DNA of 64,000 nucleotides, from the NCBI RefSeq assembly GCF_044239315.1, contig NZ_JBIIBQ010000010.1, positions 22,405 through 86,404 of the forward strand, in the 5' to 3' direction. The notes beneath the pieces were generated by a model that was not told the origin of the DNA, did no database searches, and saw only the letters and a program-made list of their open reading frames with translations. Source of the DNA: Aquirufa sp. (lineage in GTDB: Bacteria; Bacteroidota; Bacteroidia; Cytophagales; Spirosomataceae). Every line of letters starts with the position of its first letter. The first letter of the stretch is position 1. This document shows, piece by piece, positions 45,607-55,466 of the stretch. The translations under genes and the position numbers were made by a program.

Positions 45607-46737
45607 ATGAATTTTCGAATTTTTGAGATTAAGTTTTTATCGGTAATTCTTTTGTTAGCTGTTCTTTTTACAATGCCTAGTTGTTCTAAGAAGGCACCTA
45701 GCAATGGCAAATCACTTTCAAGCGAGAAGGGTAAAGAGAAAAAAGGTCCTTTAGGTGGTTTCTTCAGCTTTTTATCAAAAAAGGGCCCTAAGGATGATCC
45801 TGGTCTAATGTCTGGTGAGATTATTGCTACGACCAGAAAGGGCTGGAGTCAGCCTACTCCATTTGGTATGGTATTGGTGCCTGGAGGAAGTTTTATCATG
45901 GGTCAAGCCGATGAGGATATCACTTCCTCTGTCGCTAATTTTAATCGTAGGGTTACCGTAGTACCATTCTTCATGGATGATACGGAGATAACCAACAATG
46001 AATACCGCCAATTTACGAATGCTTTATTAAGGGATTCAGTTTCTGTTTTAGGTGAGGAGCGTATCATGTCAGATTACTATCCAGATACAACCGTTTGGAA
46101 AAAAGATTTCTCTTATCATAATGGAGACCCTTTAACAGAGAATTATTTTGCTAGTCCAGCCTTTGATATGTACCCTGTTGTAGGTGTAAGCTGGAAAGCA
46201 GCTAAATATTTTGCGCTTTGGCGGACTAAAATATTAAATGATTATCGGGCAAAAGAAGGTAAATACGCGATGCCTTCTATTCAATTACCTACTGAATCGG
46301 AATGGGAGTGGGCTGCTAAGGGAGGAAAGGCTGCAGCTAAATATCCTTGGGGTAATCCTTATTTAACGAACTCTAAAGGTTGCTTATTAGCTAATTTTAA
46401 GCCAAGACGTGGTAATTTTGATGCAGATGGCTATGCTTACACTGCACCGGCTAACGCTTACACACCTAATGACTACGGCTTATATAATATGGCGGGTAAT
46501 GTTGCCGAGTGGGTACAAGATTCGTATTCTGAAAATTCTACGGTACTAAACTGGGATTCTAACCCAGTTAATTTAGATGCTAAAGAGCCTCGTAAAGTAG
46601 TTAAAGGTGGATCTTGGAAGGATTTTGCTTACTATTTAGAGACAGGTTCTCGCGTACATGAAATTGAAAATCAAAAAAGATCATATATAGGATTCCGTTG
46701 TTCCATGAGGTACTTGGGCAAGGCTCCTACTAAATAA
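45607..46737 (+). CDS. gldK: Gliding motility / T9SS lipoprotein GldK (PorK)
   Basis: It has lipobox TMPSC and an FGE-sulfatase/SUMF1-like fold (PFGMVLVPGGSFIMG, YPVVGVSW, GLYNMAGNVAEWV, VKGGSW, IGFRC). It is followed by gldL, gldM and gldN. Confidence 0.9.
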   Translation: MNFRIFEIKFLSVILLLAVLFTMPSCSKKAPSNGKSLSSEKGKEKKGPLGGFFSFLSKKGPKDDPGLMSGEIIATTRKGWSQPTPFGMVLVPGGSFIMGQADEDITSSVANFNRRVTVVPFFMDDTEITNNEYRQFTNALLRDSVSVLGEERIMSDYYPDTTVWKKDFSYHNGDPLTENYFASPAFDMYPVVGVSWKAAKYFALWRTKILNDYRAKEGKYAMPSIQLPTESEWEWAAKGGKAAAKYPWGNPYLTNSKGCLLANFKPRRGNFDADGYAYTAPANAYTPNDYGLYNMAGNVAEWVQDSYSENSTVLNWDSNPVNLDAKEPRKVVKGGSWKDFAYYLETGSRVHEIENQKRSYIGFRCSMRYLGKAPTK

Positions 46738-46764
46738 ACTAAAAAGTATAAATTATAAAATCAA

Positions 46765-47502
46765 ATGGAAAAATCGATTAATGTCATTGCTAGTTTTGGT
46801 GCAGCTATTGTAATTGTAGGAGCCCTATTTAAAATCTTACACTGGACCGGTGCGAATGAGATGCTCATGGTGGGAATGTTTACCGAAGCGGCCATCTTTA
46901 TTTTATTTGGCGTGTTGTATTTAAAGTCCAAAGAAGAAAAACAATACGACTGGGAAATCGTATATCCTGAATTGGCAGGTGGAGAGGCTCGTCCTGCTGC
47001 TGCTCGTCACACAGGTGATGTTCCAGGTTTAGATCCTGAAGCAGTAGCGCATTTGACTAAAAGCTTGAAATCATTAACAGATACAGCCAATAGCTTATCT
47101 GATATGTCGAAAGCAACGGGTGCTACACAAGATTTTGTTAAGTCTTTGAACTCTTCAGCTGAGTCTTTAGGTGGATTAAATAAATCTGTTTCAGATGCGT
47201 CTCAATCCTTAACAGCTATATCGACTTCTTCAGCAGAGGCAGCTAAGTACACGCAAAATTATGCAAAAGCAGGGGCTTCTTTAGAGAAGTTAAACTCTGT
47301 TTACGAAGCTGAAATCCAAGAGGCTAGCAAGCACATGAAGGCCATCAATAGCTTCTATGGTAATGTTAATGCTAGTGTGGAGCACATTGCAGCCACACAA
47401 AAGGATGCAGAATTATTCAAAGCTGAATTAGCGAAATTAAACGCGAACATTCAATCCTTGAATCAAGTATATGGTAGTATGTTAACAGCTATGAAAGGCT
47501 AA
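46765..47502 (+). CDS. gldL: Gliding motility / T9SS protein GldL (PorL)
   Basis: It has two N-terminal TM helices (FGAAIVIVGALFKILHW; MVGMFTEAAIFILFGVLY) and then a coiled cytoplasmic tail. Its operon position also fits. Confidence 0.85.
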   Translation: MEKSINVIASFGAAIVIVGALFKILHWTGANEMLMVGMFTEAAIFILFGVLYLKSKEEKQYDWEIVYPELAGGEARPAAARHTGDVPGLDPEAVAHLTKSLKSLTDTANSLSDMSKATGATQDFVKSLNSSAESLGGLNKSVSDASQSLTAISTSSAEAAKYTQNYAKAGASLEKLNSVYEAEIQEASKHMKAINSFYGNVNASVEHIAATQKDAELFKAELAKLNANIQSLNQVYGSMLTAMKG

Positions 47503-47504
47503 TT

Positions 47505-49094
47505 ATGGCAGGTTTAAAAGAAACTCCCCGGCAGAAAATGATCGGGATGATGTATTTAGTGTTAACCGCCTTGCTAGCATTGCAGGTGAGTGACGCTTTA
47601 TTGCAGAAATTTGCCCTTTTAAATAGTAGTTTGGAAGTGGCTAATCAATCATCCCTGAAAAAAAGTAAAGGCATGGTACAAGGGATAGAGGAGCGTATAA
47701 AAGATCTTCCTAATCCTGCTGCCTATGCTGATGTATTAAGAAAAGCTAACGAAGTTAGAAGAATTACAGATTTACTAGTTTCCCACATTGAAAATGTAAA
47801 AGGTAAAGTACTGGAAGCTGGCGGAGGTATTGATCCGCAAACTGGTAATATTAAAAATCCGAAAGAAGAAGAGAAGATTTATGAATTAATGGTTGGTGGG
47901 TCTAAACAAGGAGAAGCCTACAAGCTAATTCCCATGTTTGATAAATATTTAAAAGACTTAACTGTATCAGCTGATCCAGGGACTAAGTTTCCTTCCTTAG
48001 CTCTGTCGGGTAAAGATGATCCTTTGACAAGTAAAGATCCTAATAATGCGAATAAGGATTTTGCGGAATTGAATTTTCAAACTACTCCAGTAGCTGCAGC
48101 TTTAGCCACTTTATCTCAGAAACAATCTGAGATCCGTCGCTACGAGGCGGAAGTATTGAATCAATTAGCCTCTAAAGTGGGTGCAAAGGAAATCAAGTTT
48201 GATAAAGTATTCGCTCAAGTATCGGCTAATGCAAATACAGTAGTAGCTGGAATGGAATACCAGGCTGAAGTATTTATTGGAGCTACTTCAAGTGGCTTTA
48301 CGCCTCGCATGAGCATGAACGGTGCTTCTCTACAGGTATTGGATGGACGAGGTCAGATCAAGTTTAAAACTTCTGGAGGAAATTTTGATGCGAATGGTCT
48401 TTCTAAGAAAACTTATACAGCTTCTGTTTCTTATATGGGCCCTGATGGACCTAAGACAGAGACAATTACGAAAGAATATTTTGTTCTAAAACCGACTTAT
48501 AATATTGAATCAGGAACTTTGCCAGCCTTGTATTTAGGTTGTGCGAATCGTTTGAGTGTTGCTAGTGCGGGATTAGGTGCTTTATGGAACCCTAGCTTTA
48601 CCGCTGATGGTGGTGAAGCAATTGCAGGCGCTAATAAAGGTAAAGTAACAGTTGTTCCGTCTTCAGCAACGGTTACATTAAATGTAAACAATGGTGGTAC
48701 TTTATTAGGAAAAGAAACTTTTCGTGTTCGCCGTGTGCCAAGACCTGATGTGAAGGTGTTCGGTAATGGATCTGAATTGGATGAGAAGAGAGGTGCGGTT
48801 GCATCAGGACTTCGTTCTCTTGATGCTAGAGCAATTGCGGAAGAGTCTTTTAAAACAACTAATCCGGAAGATGCTAATTTTAGAGTAACTCAAGTATATA
48901 TAGCGTTAGCTAGGGGGCAAAGAAAAGTAGATGATATGACTTTGCCGGGTTCTGGATCTATTACTAAGCTTGCACAACAAGCACAAGCAGGTGATCGTTA
49001 CTACATAGAAATTAAAGAGGTTCAAAGAAAGAACTTTAAGGGGGCTGTTGAGACGATTCCTTTTAATATGGTTAAAAATATTCCTTTAAATTAA
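47505..49094 (+). CDS. gldM: Gliding motility / T9SS protein GldM (PorM)
   Basis: The N-terminus reads TPRQKMIGMMYLVLTALLALQV, a single TM helix with a conserved Arg. The 529-aa periplasmic multi-domain body starts 3 nt after gldL. Confidence 0.9.
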   Translation: MAGLKETPRQKMIGMMYLVLTALLALQVSDALLQKFALLNSSLEVANQSSLKKSKGMVQGIEERIKDLPNPAAYADVLRKANEVRRITDLLVSHIENVKGKVLEAGGGIDPQTGNIKNPKEEEKIYELMVGGSKQGEAYKLIPMFDKYLKDLTVSADPGTKFPSLALSGKDDPLTSKDPNNANKDFAELNFQTTPVAAALATLSQKQSEIRRYEAEVLNQLASKVGAKEIKFDKVFAQVSANANTVVAGMEYQAEVFIGATSSGFTPRMSMNGASLQVLDGRGQIKFKTSGGNFDANGLSKKTYTASVSYMGPDGPKTETITKEYFVLKPTYNIESGTLPALYLGCANRLSVASAGLGALWNPSFTADGGEAIAGANKGKVTVVPSSATVTLNVNNGGTLLGKETFRVRRVPRPDVKVFGNGSELDEKRGAVASGLRSLDARAIAEESFKTTNPEDANFRVTQVYIALARGQRKVDDMTLPGSGSITKLAQQAQAGDRYYIEIKEVQRKNFKGAVETIPFNMVKNIPLN

Positions 49095-49098
49095 TCGA

Positions 49099-50037
49099 AT
49101 GAAGATGAATTGGGTGAATAAACTTTTCTTGTGTGCATTAATGGCTGCTAACTTAACCGTTTTTGGTCAAGAGAAGCCTTCCAATGCTAATTCTGCTCAT
49201 CCTATTGAGGAGCAAGATATTCATTATCGTTTACGTTTATGGAGAAGAATGGATTTAAATGAGAAAGTCAATAAGCCATTTTTTTCAATTAATCACCAGA
49301 TATCTAAATTTTTAGTTGATTGGGTGCGTGCAGGGATTTTAACTCCCTATAAAAGCGATTCATTAAATGTTAAATTAACGTTAGAGCAGTTTAACGATAA
49401 TTTAAAAATAGAGGAGTCATTAGGAGGTGGGGGACTTTCTGAAGCTGAAAGATCCGCAGGTTTTGGGGATGAAAATGCAGCGAGCCCTGCAGCTAAGTCG
49501 GCTGCACCCGCTGGTGGTGGTGATGATGGATGGGGCTCTGCGGCACCAGCTAAAAAAGAGGATGCTGCTGCGCCAGCGACTGATGCTTTTGCTGAAAAGC
49601 CTGTTTCTGCGGCTGCTGAATATTATTTTCCTAAAGATTTATCGATCATTGAAATTAGAGAAGATGCGATTATTGATCGTTTGAGATCTCGCCTCTATTT
49701 TGACATTCAATCGATTTCTTTAATCATACCTGCTTCTAACCCGAACAATGTCGCTGGATTTGATAAGCCAGTAGCGAGTTTTAAGTACAAAGATTTATAC
49801 GATTTATTTAAGAATAACCCGGATTGTATTTGGTACAATGCACAGAATGATCTTCAGCATAAAAATATGGCTTATGCTTTCGATTTGCGGTTATTCAGTG
49901 CACGTATTGTTAAAACAGGTAATATCGATGATAAGTTCTTATCTGATTTATTTGGAGGCGAGAGACAAAGTCTCTTGCAGTCTCAAATGATTGAAAATAA
50001 ATTATTAGAAATAGAGAGTAGTCTTTGGGAATATTAG
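49099..50037 (+). CDS. gldN: Gliding motility / T9SS protein GldN (PorN)
   Basis: A signal peptide is followed by LRLWRRMDLNEKVNKPFF, the GldN N-terminal motif. It is the last gene of the gldKLMN operon. Confidence 0.8.
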   Translation: MKMNWVNKLFLCALMAANLTVFGQEKPSNANSAHPIEEQDIHYRLRLWRRMDLNEKVNKPFFSINHQISKFLVDWVRAGILTPYKSDSLNVKLTLEQFNDNLKIEESLGGGGLSEAERSAGFGDENAASPAAKSAAPAGGGDDGWGSAAPAKKEDAAAPATDAFAEKPVSAAAEYYFPKDLSIIEIREDAIIDRLRSRLYFDIQSISLIIPASNPNNVAGFDKPVASFKYKDLYDLFKNNPDCIWYNAQNDLQHKNMAYAFDLRLFSARIVKTGNIDDKFLSDLFGGERQSLLQSQMIENKLLEIESSLWEY

Positions 50038-50065
50038 GACTCATTTCTTTTGTTATAGCAATTTA

Positions 50066-50089
50066 AACCACCTTTTGGTGGTTTTTTTG
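50066..50089 (+). terminator. Rho-independent terminator after gldN
   Basis: AACCACC tttt GGTGGTT is followed by TTTTT. Confidence 0.8.
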
Positions 50090-50134
50090 TGTAATAGATG
50101 TAACTTGCGACGTCATTAGAATCTTATCCAAATT

Positions 50135-51610
50135 ATGTCGTATCAACGCAAGACAAAAATTGTTGCCACAGTAGGTCCCACTTCAGAATCAAGAGAATCA
50201 TTAATCCAATTAGCGAAAGCAGGTGTAAACGTTTTCCGTTTGAACTTTTCTCATGGAACTCATGAGGATCATTTGGCGCGTTTAAAAATGATTCGTTCTA
50301 TATCTGAAGAAATGGGTTTGAATTTAACAATTCTTCAAGATTTACAAGGTCCTAAAATTCGTACACAATTGGTGGAGAACAATGGGGTGCCTTTAGAGGC
50401 AGGAAAGCAATTAATCTTTGCGATGGATGAAAATCTATTAGGTACATCTGAAAAAGTAGGTACAACCTATACTTCAATGTATTTAGATGTGAATCCAGGG
50501 GAACGCATCTTAATGGATGACGGTAATTTAGAAGTGAAAGTACTTTCTGTAGATAAAGTGAAGAAAGAGGTAGTTACTGAGGTGATCTACGGGGGAATTT
50601 TGAAATCTAAAAAGGGAATTAATCTACCAGGTACGAAGGTATCTTTACCTTGTTTGACGCCGAAAGATGAGGCAGATTTATACTTTGGCTTAGATCACGG
50701 TGTGGATTGGGTAGCACTTTCATTTGTTCGTAAGGCGAGTGATATTTGGGATATTAAAGAGAAAATTAAGGCTTATGGCAAGAATACACGCGTTATTGCA
50801 AAGATTGAGAAGCCAGAAGCGATTGATAATTTAGATGAAATTATTGCTGCGACGGATGCTATCATGGTAGCTCGTGGTGATCTAGGTGTGGAGATGGATG
50901 GTGCAGTAGTTCCGTATCTACAAAAAGTAATGGTAGAGAAGTGTACAGCAGCAGGAAAGCCTGTTATTGTTGCGACACAGATGTTAGAGTCGATGATCAC
51001 TAATCCAGTTCCTACGCGTGCCGAAACGTCTGACGTTGCCAATGCGGTATTGCAAGGAGCTTCAGCTACCATGTTAAGTGGTGAGTCTGCTTCAGGCGCC
51101 TATCCAGTGAAAGCGGTAGAGACCATGGCGCATATTCACGAAGTGGTAGAGCAGCAGCAAAATGAGATTGAAATTATTCAAGGAAATGAAGCAGCGATTT
51201 ACTTTAAGAATCACTCTTTAAGTACATCTGCATCTGAGAATGTGCCGTTTCAAGATCGTTTAATTGCAGGAGCTTGCCGATTAGCGCGTGACTCGAAGGC
51301 GAAAGCGATTTTGTGTATCACGAATTCAGGTTATACAGCCTTCCGTCTATCAGCTCACCGCCCTAAGGCTGATTTATTTGTGTTTACCTCAAATAGAGAA
51401 TTGATGTCCACAATGGGTTTATTATGGGGTGCTCGTGTTTTCTTTTATGATCCAGGAGCTGGTGATACAGAGAAAACGGTAGCTGCGATGGTAGATAAAT
51501 TAAAGCAGGATAATTTATTGTCGAAAGGTGATATTTTCGTGACGACATTGTCTGTTCCAGCAAATCAAGATAAGAAAACAAACACAGTTCAATTAGGTAT
51601 TGTAGACTAA
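50135..51610 (+). CDS. pyk: Pyruvate kinase
   Basis: It carries KIVATVGP, NFSHG, MVARGDLGVE and TQMLESM. Confidence 0.95.
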   Translation: MSYQRKTKIVATVGPTSESRESLIQLAKAGVNVFRLNFSHGTHEDHLARLKMIRSISEEMGLNLTILQDLQGPKIRTQLVENNGVPLEAGKQLIFAMDENLLGTSEKVGTTYTSMYLDVNPGERILMDDGNLEVKVLSVDKVKKEVVTEVIYGGILKSKKGINLPGTKVSLPCLTPKDEADLYFGLDHGVDWVALSFVRKASDIWDIKEKIKAYGKNTRVIAKIEKPEAIDNLDEIIAATDAIMVARGDLGVEMDGAVVPYLQKVMVEKCTAAGKPVIVATQMLESMITNPVPTRAETSDVANAVLQGASATMLSGESASGAYPVKAVETMAHIHEVVEQQQNEIEIIQGNEAAIYFKNHSLSTSASENVPFQDRLIAGACRLARDSKAKAILCITNSGYTAFRLSAHRPKADLFVFTSNRELMSTMGLLWGARVFFYDPGAGDTEKTVAAMVDKLKQDNLLSKGDIFVTTLSVPANQDKKTNTVQLGIVD

Positions 51611-51639
51611 ATCTAGAATTTAGGCGCCTCTTTTAGATT

Positions 51640-52401
51640 ATGAAAAACAAAAGTTCTTTGATTTCATTTAGTTTAAGAGGTCTGTATACAATCTGGGCTG
51701 GGCTCGTTTTTGTCAGTATATTTTTAGCATTATACCCTTTCATCTTTGTTTTTTTACAAAGAAGATCATGGAAAAGAGTTGCACATCGGCTTGTCAGGCT
51801 GTGGGGACAACTCTTTTTTCTTTTTTCGGGGATTCGTATCAAAGTTACACATCATTTTAAGCCAGATCCGAAGCAAACCTACGTGTTCTGTTCGAATCAC
51901 TTTTCTTACGTAGATATTGCGGTGGTGGTGGTGATTATTCATCAGTTTTTCTCCTTTGTGGGAAAGAATGCGATGAAGAAGATTCCGCTTTTTGGCTATT
52001 TATACGCTAGTCTGAATATTTTGGTAGACCGAAATGATAAGAATAGTCGGGCAAGTTCCTTGAGTCGATCGTTACGTGCCTTGCAATCGGGTAGAAGTAT
52101 TGTCATTTTTCCTGAAGGAGGAATTGTTTTCAAGCAATTGCCTTATATGGGTAATCCTTTGAAAGATGGTGCCTTCATTATGGCGATTCAACAACAAGTG
52201 CCTATCGTACCGATGAGTTTTCATAATAATCACCAAATCATGGATGAAGACACCTTACTCATGCGTCCAGGTGTTTTGCATGTAGAAATTCATCCACCTA
52301 TAGAGACTCTAGGTTTAACGATGGAAGATTTGCCTGTTTTACGGGAAAAAGTGTTTGAATCCATACAAAATCCTATCTTAGCGTATTACGGTTTAAAATA
52401 A
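51640..52401 (+). CDS. plsC: 1-acyl-sn-glycerol-3-phosphate (lysophospholipid) acyltransferase
   Basis: It has the H(X)4D motif NHFSYVD and the FPEGG motif after an N-terminal TM segment. Confidence 0.75.
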   Translation: MKNKSSLISFSLRGLYTIWAGLVFVSIFLALYPFIFVFLQRRSWKRVAHRLVRLWGQLFFLFSGIRIKVTHHFKPDPKQTYVFCSNHFSYVDIAVVVVIIHQFFSFVGKNAMKKIPLFGYLYASLNILVDRNDKNSRASSLSRSLRALQSGRSIVIFPEGGIVFKQLPYMGNPLKDGAFIMAIQQQVPIVPMSFHNNHQIMDEDTLLMRPGVLHVEIHPPIETLGLTMEDLPVLREKVFESIQNPILAYYGLK

Positions 52402-52407
52402 GCGAAT

Positions 52408-52992
52408 ATGCGTCTTTTGCTTTTTGGTTTTTTAATGACCTTGTTTTCTTGTGGAACCGCCTCAGAGGAAGAAAACACGTCCTTACCACGACCTAAAGGA
52501 TATCCTTTAATTGCCATTCCTACTCATCAATACCGGTCCCTTGAGCCAGGTCATCCCTTTTCTTTTGAAGTCTCTAACATTGCTGAGGTAAAAAAAGATA
52601 CGGTCTATTTTGCGGAGCCACATTGGTTATATATTTACTATCCTCGTTGGGATGCCTTCATACAATTAACTTATAAGCCAGTTCTTCAGGATCCTGTACG
52701 TCTTCAAAAAATGATTCGGGATTCCTACTTGTTAGCCTCTAAGCATCAAATGAAGGCCACTCGAATAGAGGAAGGTTATATTACAACGCTCAGTGGTCGC
52801 AAGGCAGCAGTGATTGAATTAGAAGGTGAAGTAGCTACTTCTTTTCAGTTTATTGTGACGGATAGCACAAAACATTTTCTACGTGGAGCCGTGTATTTTA
52901 ATACAGCCACTAAGAATGATTCTCTGGCGCCTGTTATTCGCTATTTGAAACAAGATGCCATTCACCTGATTCAAACCTTGCGATGGAAATAG
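52408..52992 (+). CDS. gldD: Gliding motility lipoprotein GldD
   Basis: It has lipobox LFSC and ~190 aa. PRPKGYPLIAIP near the N-terminus and TDSTKHFLRGAVYFNT ... IQTLRWK at the C-terminus match my recollection of the GldD family. Confidence 0.65.
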   Translation: MRLLLFGFLMTLFSCGTASEEENTSLPRPKGYPLIAIPTHQYRSLEPGHPFSFEVSNIAEVKKDTVYFAEPHWLYIYYPRWDAFIQLTYKPVLQDPVRLQKMIRDSYLLASKHQMKATRIEEGYITTLSGRKAAVIELEGEVATSFQFIVTDSTKHFLRGAVYFNTATKNDSLAPVIRYLKQDAIHLIQTLRWK

Positions 52993-55466
52993 GGGAGGAG
53001 AAAACCGTTTTTGTGGATGCCTTGCTTCCGCTTCCTATCCCTCGGTATTTTACATATCGAGTGCCTCGGGAATGGGCTGAATTTGTACAATCGGGATTGC
53101 GGGTAGTGGTACCTTTTGGGACGAAAAAAGTACTTACTGGAGTTATCGTTACGGTACATCACAACCCACCTAAGGAATACCAAGCGAAATATTTATTAGA
53201 AATTTTAGATGATGCCCCTTTAGTTACGGCCTCCCAAATTGCCCTTTTCCAATGGGTGGCGGACTATTATATGTGTTATCCGGGCGAGGTTTTCCAGGTG
53301 GCATTACCTGCTGGTTTGAAGATTTCGAGTCAATCGAAGGTTCAGCTGAATCCAGAATTTTCGAGCCCTGAAGCGCTGACGGATAAAGAATTAGCCATCT
53401 ATGTTGAGATCCGCGATAAAGGCGCTTTGACCTATGATGAGTTAGCCAAATTCGCCGAAGTCAAAAGTCCTTATCATCTCATCAAAGCCTTAGTAAGCAA
53501 GGATGCAGTCATTATTTTTGATGAATTAAAGGACCGATATACGCCTAAAGTGCAACGTAAGGTCCGCCTAGGGACTTCTTTTGAAGACAAATTAGTCTTG
53601 ACGGATTTGATTCAATCGCTGGAGGAGAAACCGAAGCAGATGGCGATTCTCTTGCATTACCTGCAATATATCCCGGTGTTAAGGAGCCCAGAAACGAATC
53701 AAAAAGGCCTGGCTAAAAACAGTTTTAGTCAAGCCGGATTGTCGGAAAGTTCCCTTCAGACCTTAGTCAAAAATCAGGTTTTTGAAATTTTTGATGTGGT
53801 CGTTTCGCGCTTTGATGAAATGGATGAAAATTTTGTTCCCTCCACGTTTACGTTAAATGCCCCACAGGATAAAGCTTATCAATCTATTTTGAGCCAATTT
53901 CAAGAGAAGGACGTTGTCCTGTTACACGGGATAACGGGTTCTGGGAAGACAGAGATTTATATCAAGCTAATTCAAGAAGCTTTAGCGAATGGGGATCAGG
54001 TCCTGTATTTACTTCCTGAGATTGCTCTGACGACGCAGATTGTGGTCCGTTTGAAGCGGATATTTGGAGAGCAAGTAGGGATTTATCATTCTAAATTCTC
54101 GGATAACGAAAGGGTGGAAGTATGGAAGTCGATTGTGGAGGGGAAATATCCATTCGTGGTGGGCGTTCGTTCGTCCGTGTTTTTACCTTTTAAAAATTTA
54201 GGGCTGATCATTATCGATGAGGAACATGAAACTTCCTTCAAGCAGGCAGATCCGGCGCCTCGTTACCACGCGCGGGATGTGGCGATCGTATTAGCGCATC
54301 AGCAAAAAGCAAAAGTTTTATTAGGTTCTGCGACGCCTTCGATGGAGACTTATTATCAGGCCAAACAAGATAAGTATGGTCTTGTGGTCTTGAAAGAGCG
54401 TTTTGGAGCGGCTCAATTACCTGCGATGCATTTCATCGATACGAAATATGCGAATCGCATGAAGCAGATGAAAGGTGGGTTTTCGGTTGACTTGATTGAA
54501 GTGTTAGCAGATAATCTGAAGCAGGGTAAGCAAAGTTTATTGTTCCAAAACCGCCGCGGTTATTCCCCTTACTTACAATGTCAGGACTGTGATTGGATTG
54601 CGACTTGTCACCAATGTGATGTCTCATTAACTTATCACGCTCGGGAACAGGAATTACGCTGCCATTATTGCGGACACCACGAGTCATTGATTCACCGCTG
54701 CGGAGCCTGCGGCTCCGCGCAAATGAAGACGATGGGTTATGGAACCGAAAAGCTGGAGGAAGAATTGCAATTACACCTTCCCCAGGCCCGTGTAGCCAGG
54801 ATGGACCTTGACACAACGCGTTCGAAGACTGCCTTTACTTCCTTGATTACAGAAATTCAAAAGGGCCAAGTCGATGTTTTAGTAGGTACTCAAATGGTGG
54901 CTAAAGGCCTGGATTTCGAGGGTTTATCACTCGTAGCCATCTTTGATGCCGATAAGATTATTAATTTCCCAGATTTTAGGGCCCATGAACGTGGCTTCCA
55001 ATTAATTACCCAAGTGGCCGGTCGTGCCGGTAGACGAGATGTGCAGGGCCAAGTATATATTCAGACAAATCAACCTAATCACCGCTTGTTCGGCTACATC
55101 CAAGAGGGAAATTACGAGCAATTGTATTCGGACGAGATGATTGAGCGTGAGGGCTACCATTATCCTCCGTTCACGCGCCTGATTAAAATCGTGATGCGCC
55201 ATTACGAGGCTCGCAATGTGGAAACGGCGGCGAAGGATTTAGGTGTGTTGCTGAAGGCCAAATTTGGCAATGGACGTGTCCTAGGTCCAGAAAAACCTTT
55301 GATCGAACGAATTCGAAATCAGTACGCGATGGAAATCCTGATTAAGCTGGAGAAAGGTGTGGCCTTAGCTACATTTAAAAAGCAGCTTCGCGAAGAACTG
55401 GATACTCTTAGCACGAAGCCCACCTTCAAAGGCCTTCAAATTATTGTAGACGTAGACTGTAACTAG
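52983..55466 (+). CDS. priA: Primosomal protein N' (replication restart helicase PriA)
   Basis: It has Walker A GITGSGKTE, an IIDEEHE box, and the Cys-rich zinc insert CQDCDWIATCHQCDVSLTYH...LRCHYCGH...CGACGS. Confidence 0.95.
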   Translation: MEIGEEKTVFVDALLPLPIPRYFTYRVPREWAEFVQSGLRVVVPFGTKKVLTGVIVTVHHNPPKEYQAKYLLEILDDAPLVTASQIALFQWVADYYMCYPGEVFQVALPAGLKISSQSKVQLNPEFSSPEALTDKELAIYVEIRDKGALTYDELAKFAEVKSPYHLIKALVSKDAVIIFDELKDRYTPKVQRKVRLGTSFEDKLVLTDLIQSLEEKPKQMAILLHYLQYIPVLRSPETNQKGLAKNSFSQAGLSESSLQTLVKNQVFEIFDVVVSRFDEMDENFVPSTFTLNAPQDKAYQSILSQFQEKDVVLLHGITGSGKTEIYIKLIQEALANGDQVLYLLPEIALTTQIVVRLKRIFGEQVGIYHSKFSDNERVEVWKSIVEGKYPFVVGVRSSVFLPFKNLGLIIIDEEHETSFKQADPAPRYHARDVAIVLAHQQKAKVLLGSATPSMETYYQAKQDKYGLVVLKERFGAAQLPAMHFIDTKYANRMKQMKGGFSVDLIEVLADNLKQGKQSLLFQNRRGYSPYLQCQDCDWIATCHQCDVSLTYHAREQELRCHYCGHHESLIHRCGACGSAQMKTMGYGTEKLEEELQLHLPQARVARMDLDTTRSKTAFTSLITEIQKGQVDVLVGTQMVAKGLDFEGLSLVAIFDADKIINFPDFRAHERGFQLITQVAGRAGRRDVQGQVYIQTNQPNHRLFGYIQEGNYEQLYSDEMIEREGYHYPPFTRLIKIVMRHYEARNVETAAKDLGVLLKAKFGNGRVLGPEKPLIERIRNQYAMEILIKLEKGVALATFKKQLREELDTLSTKPTFKGLQIIVDVDCN

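Noticed and set aside
49427-49684. An 85-aa alternative-frame ORF inside gldN.
   Set aside because: It is created by the GC-rich Ala/Pro-coding insert. The translation is low complexity, and it lies within a well-supported gene.
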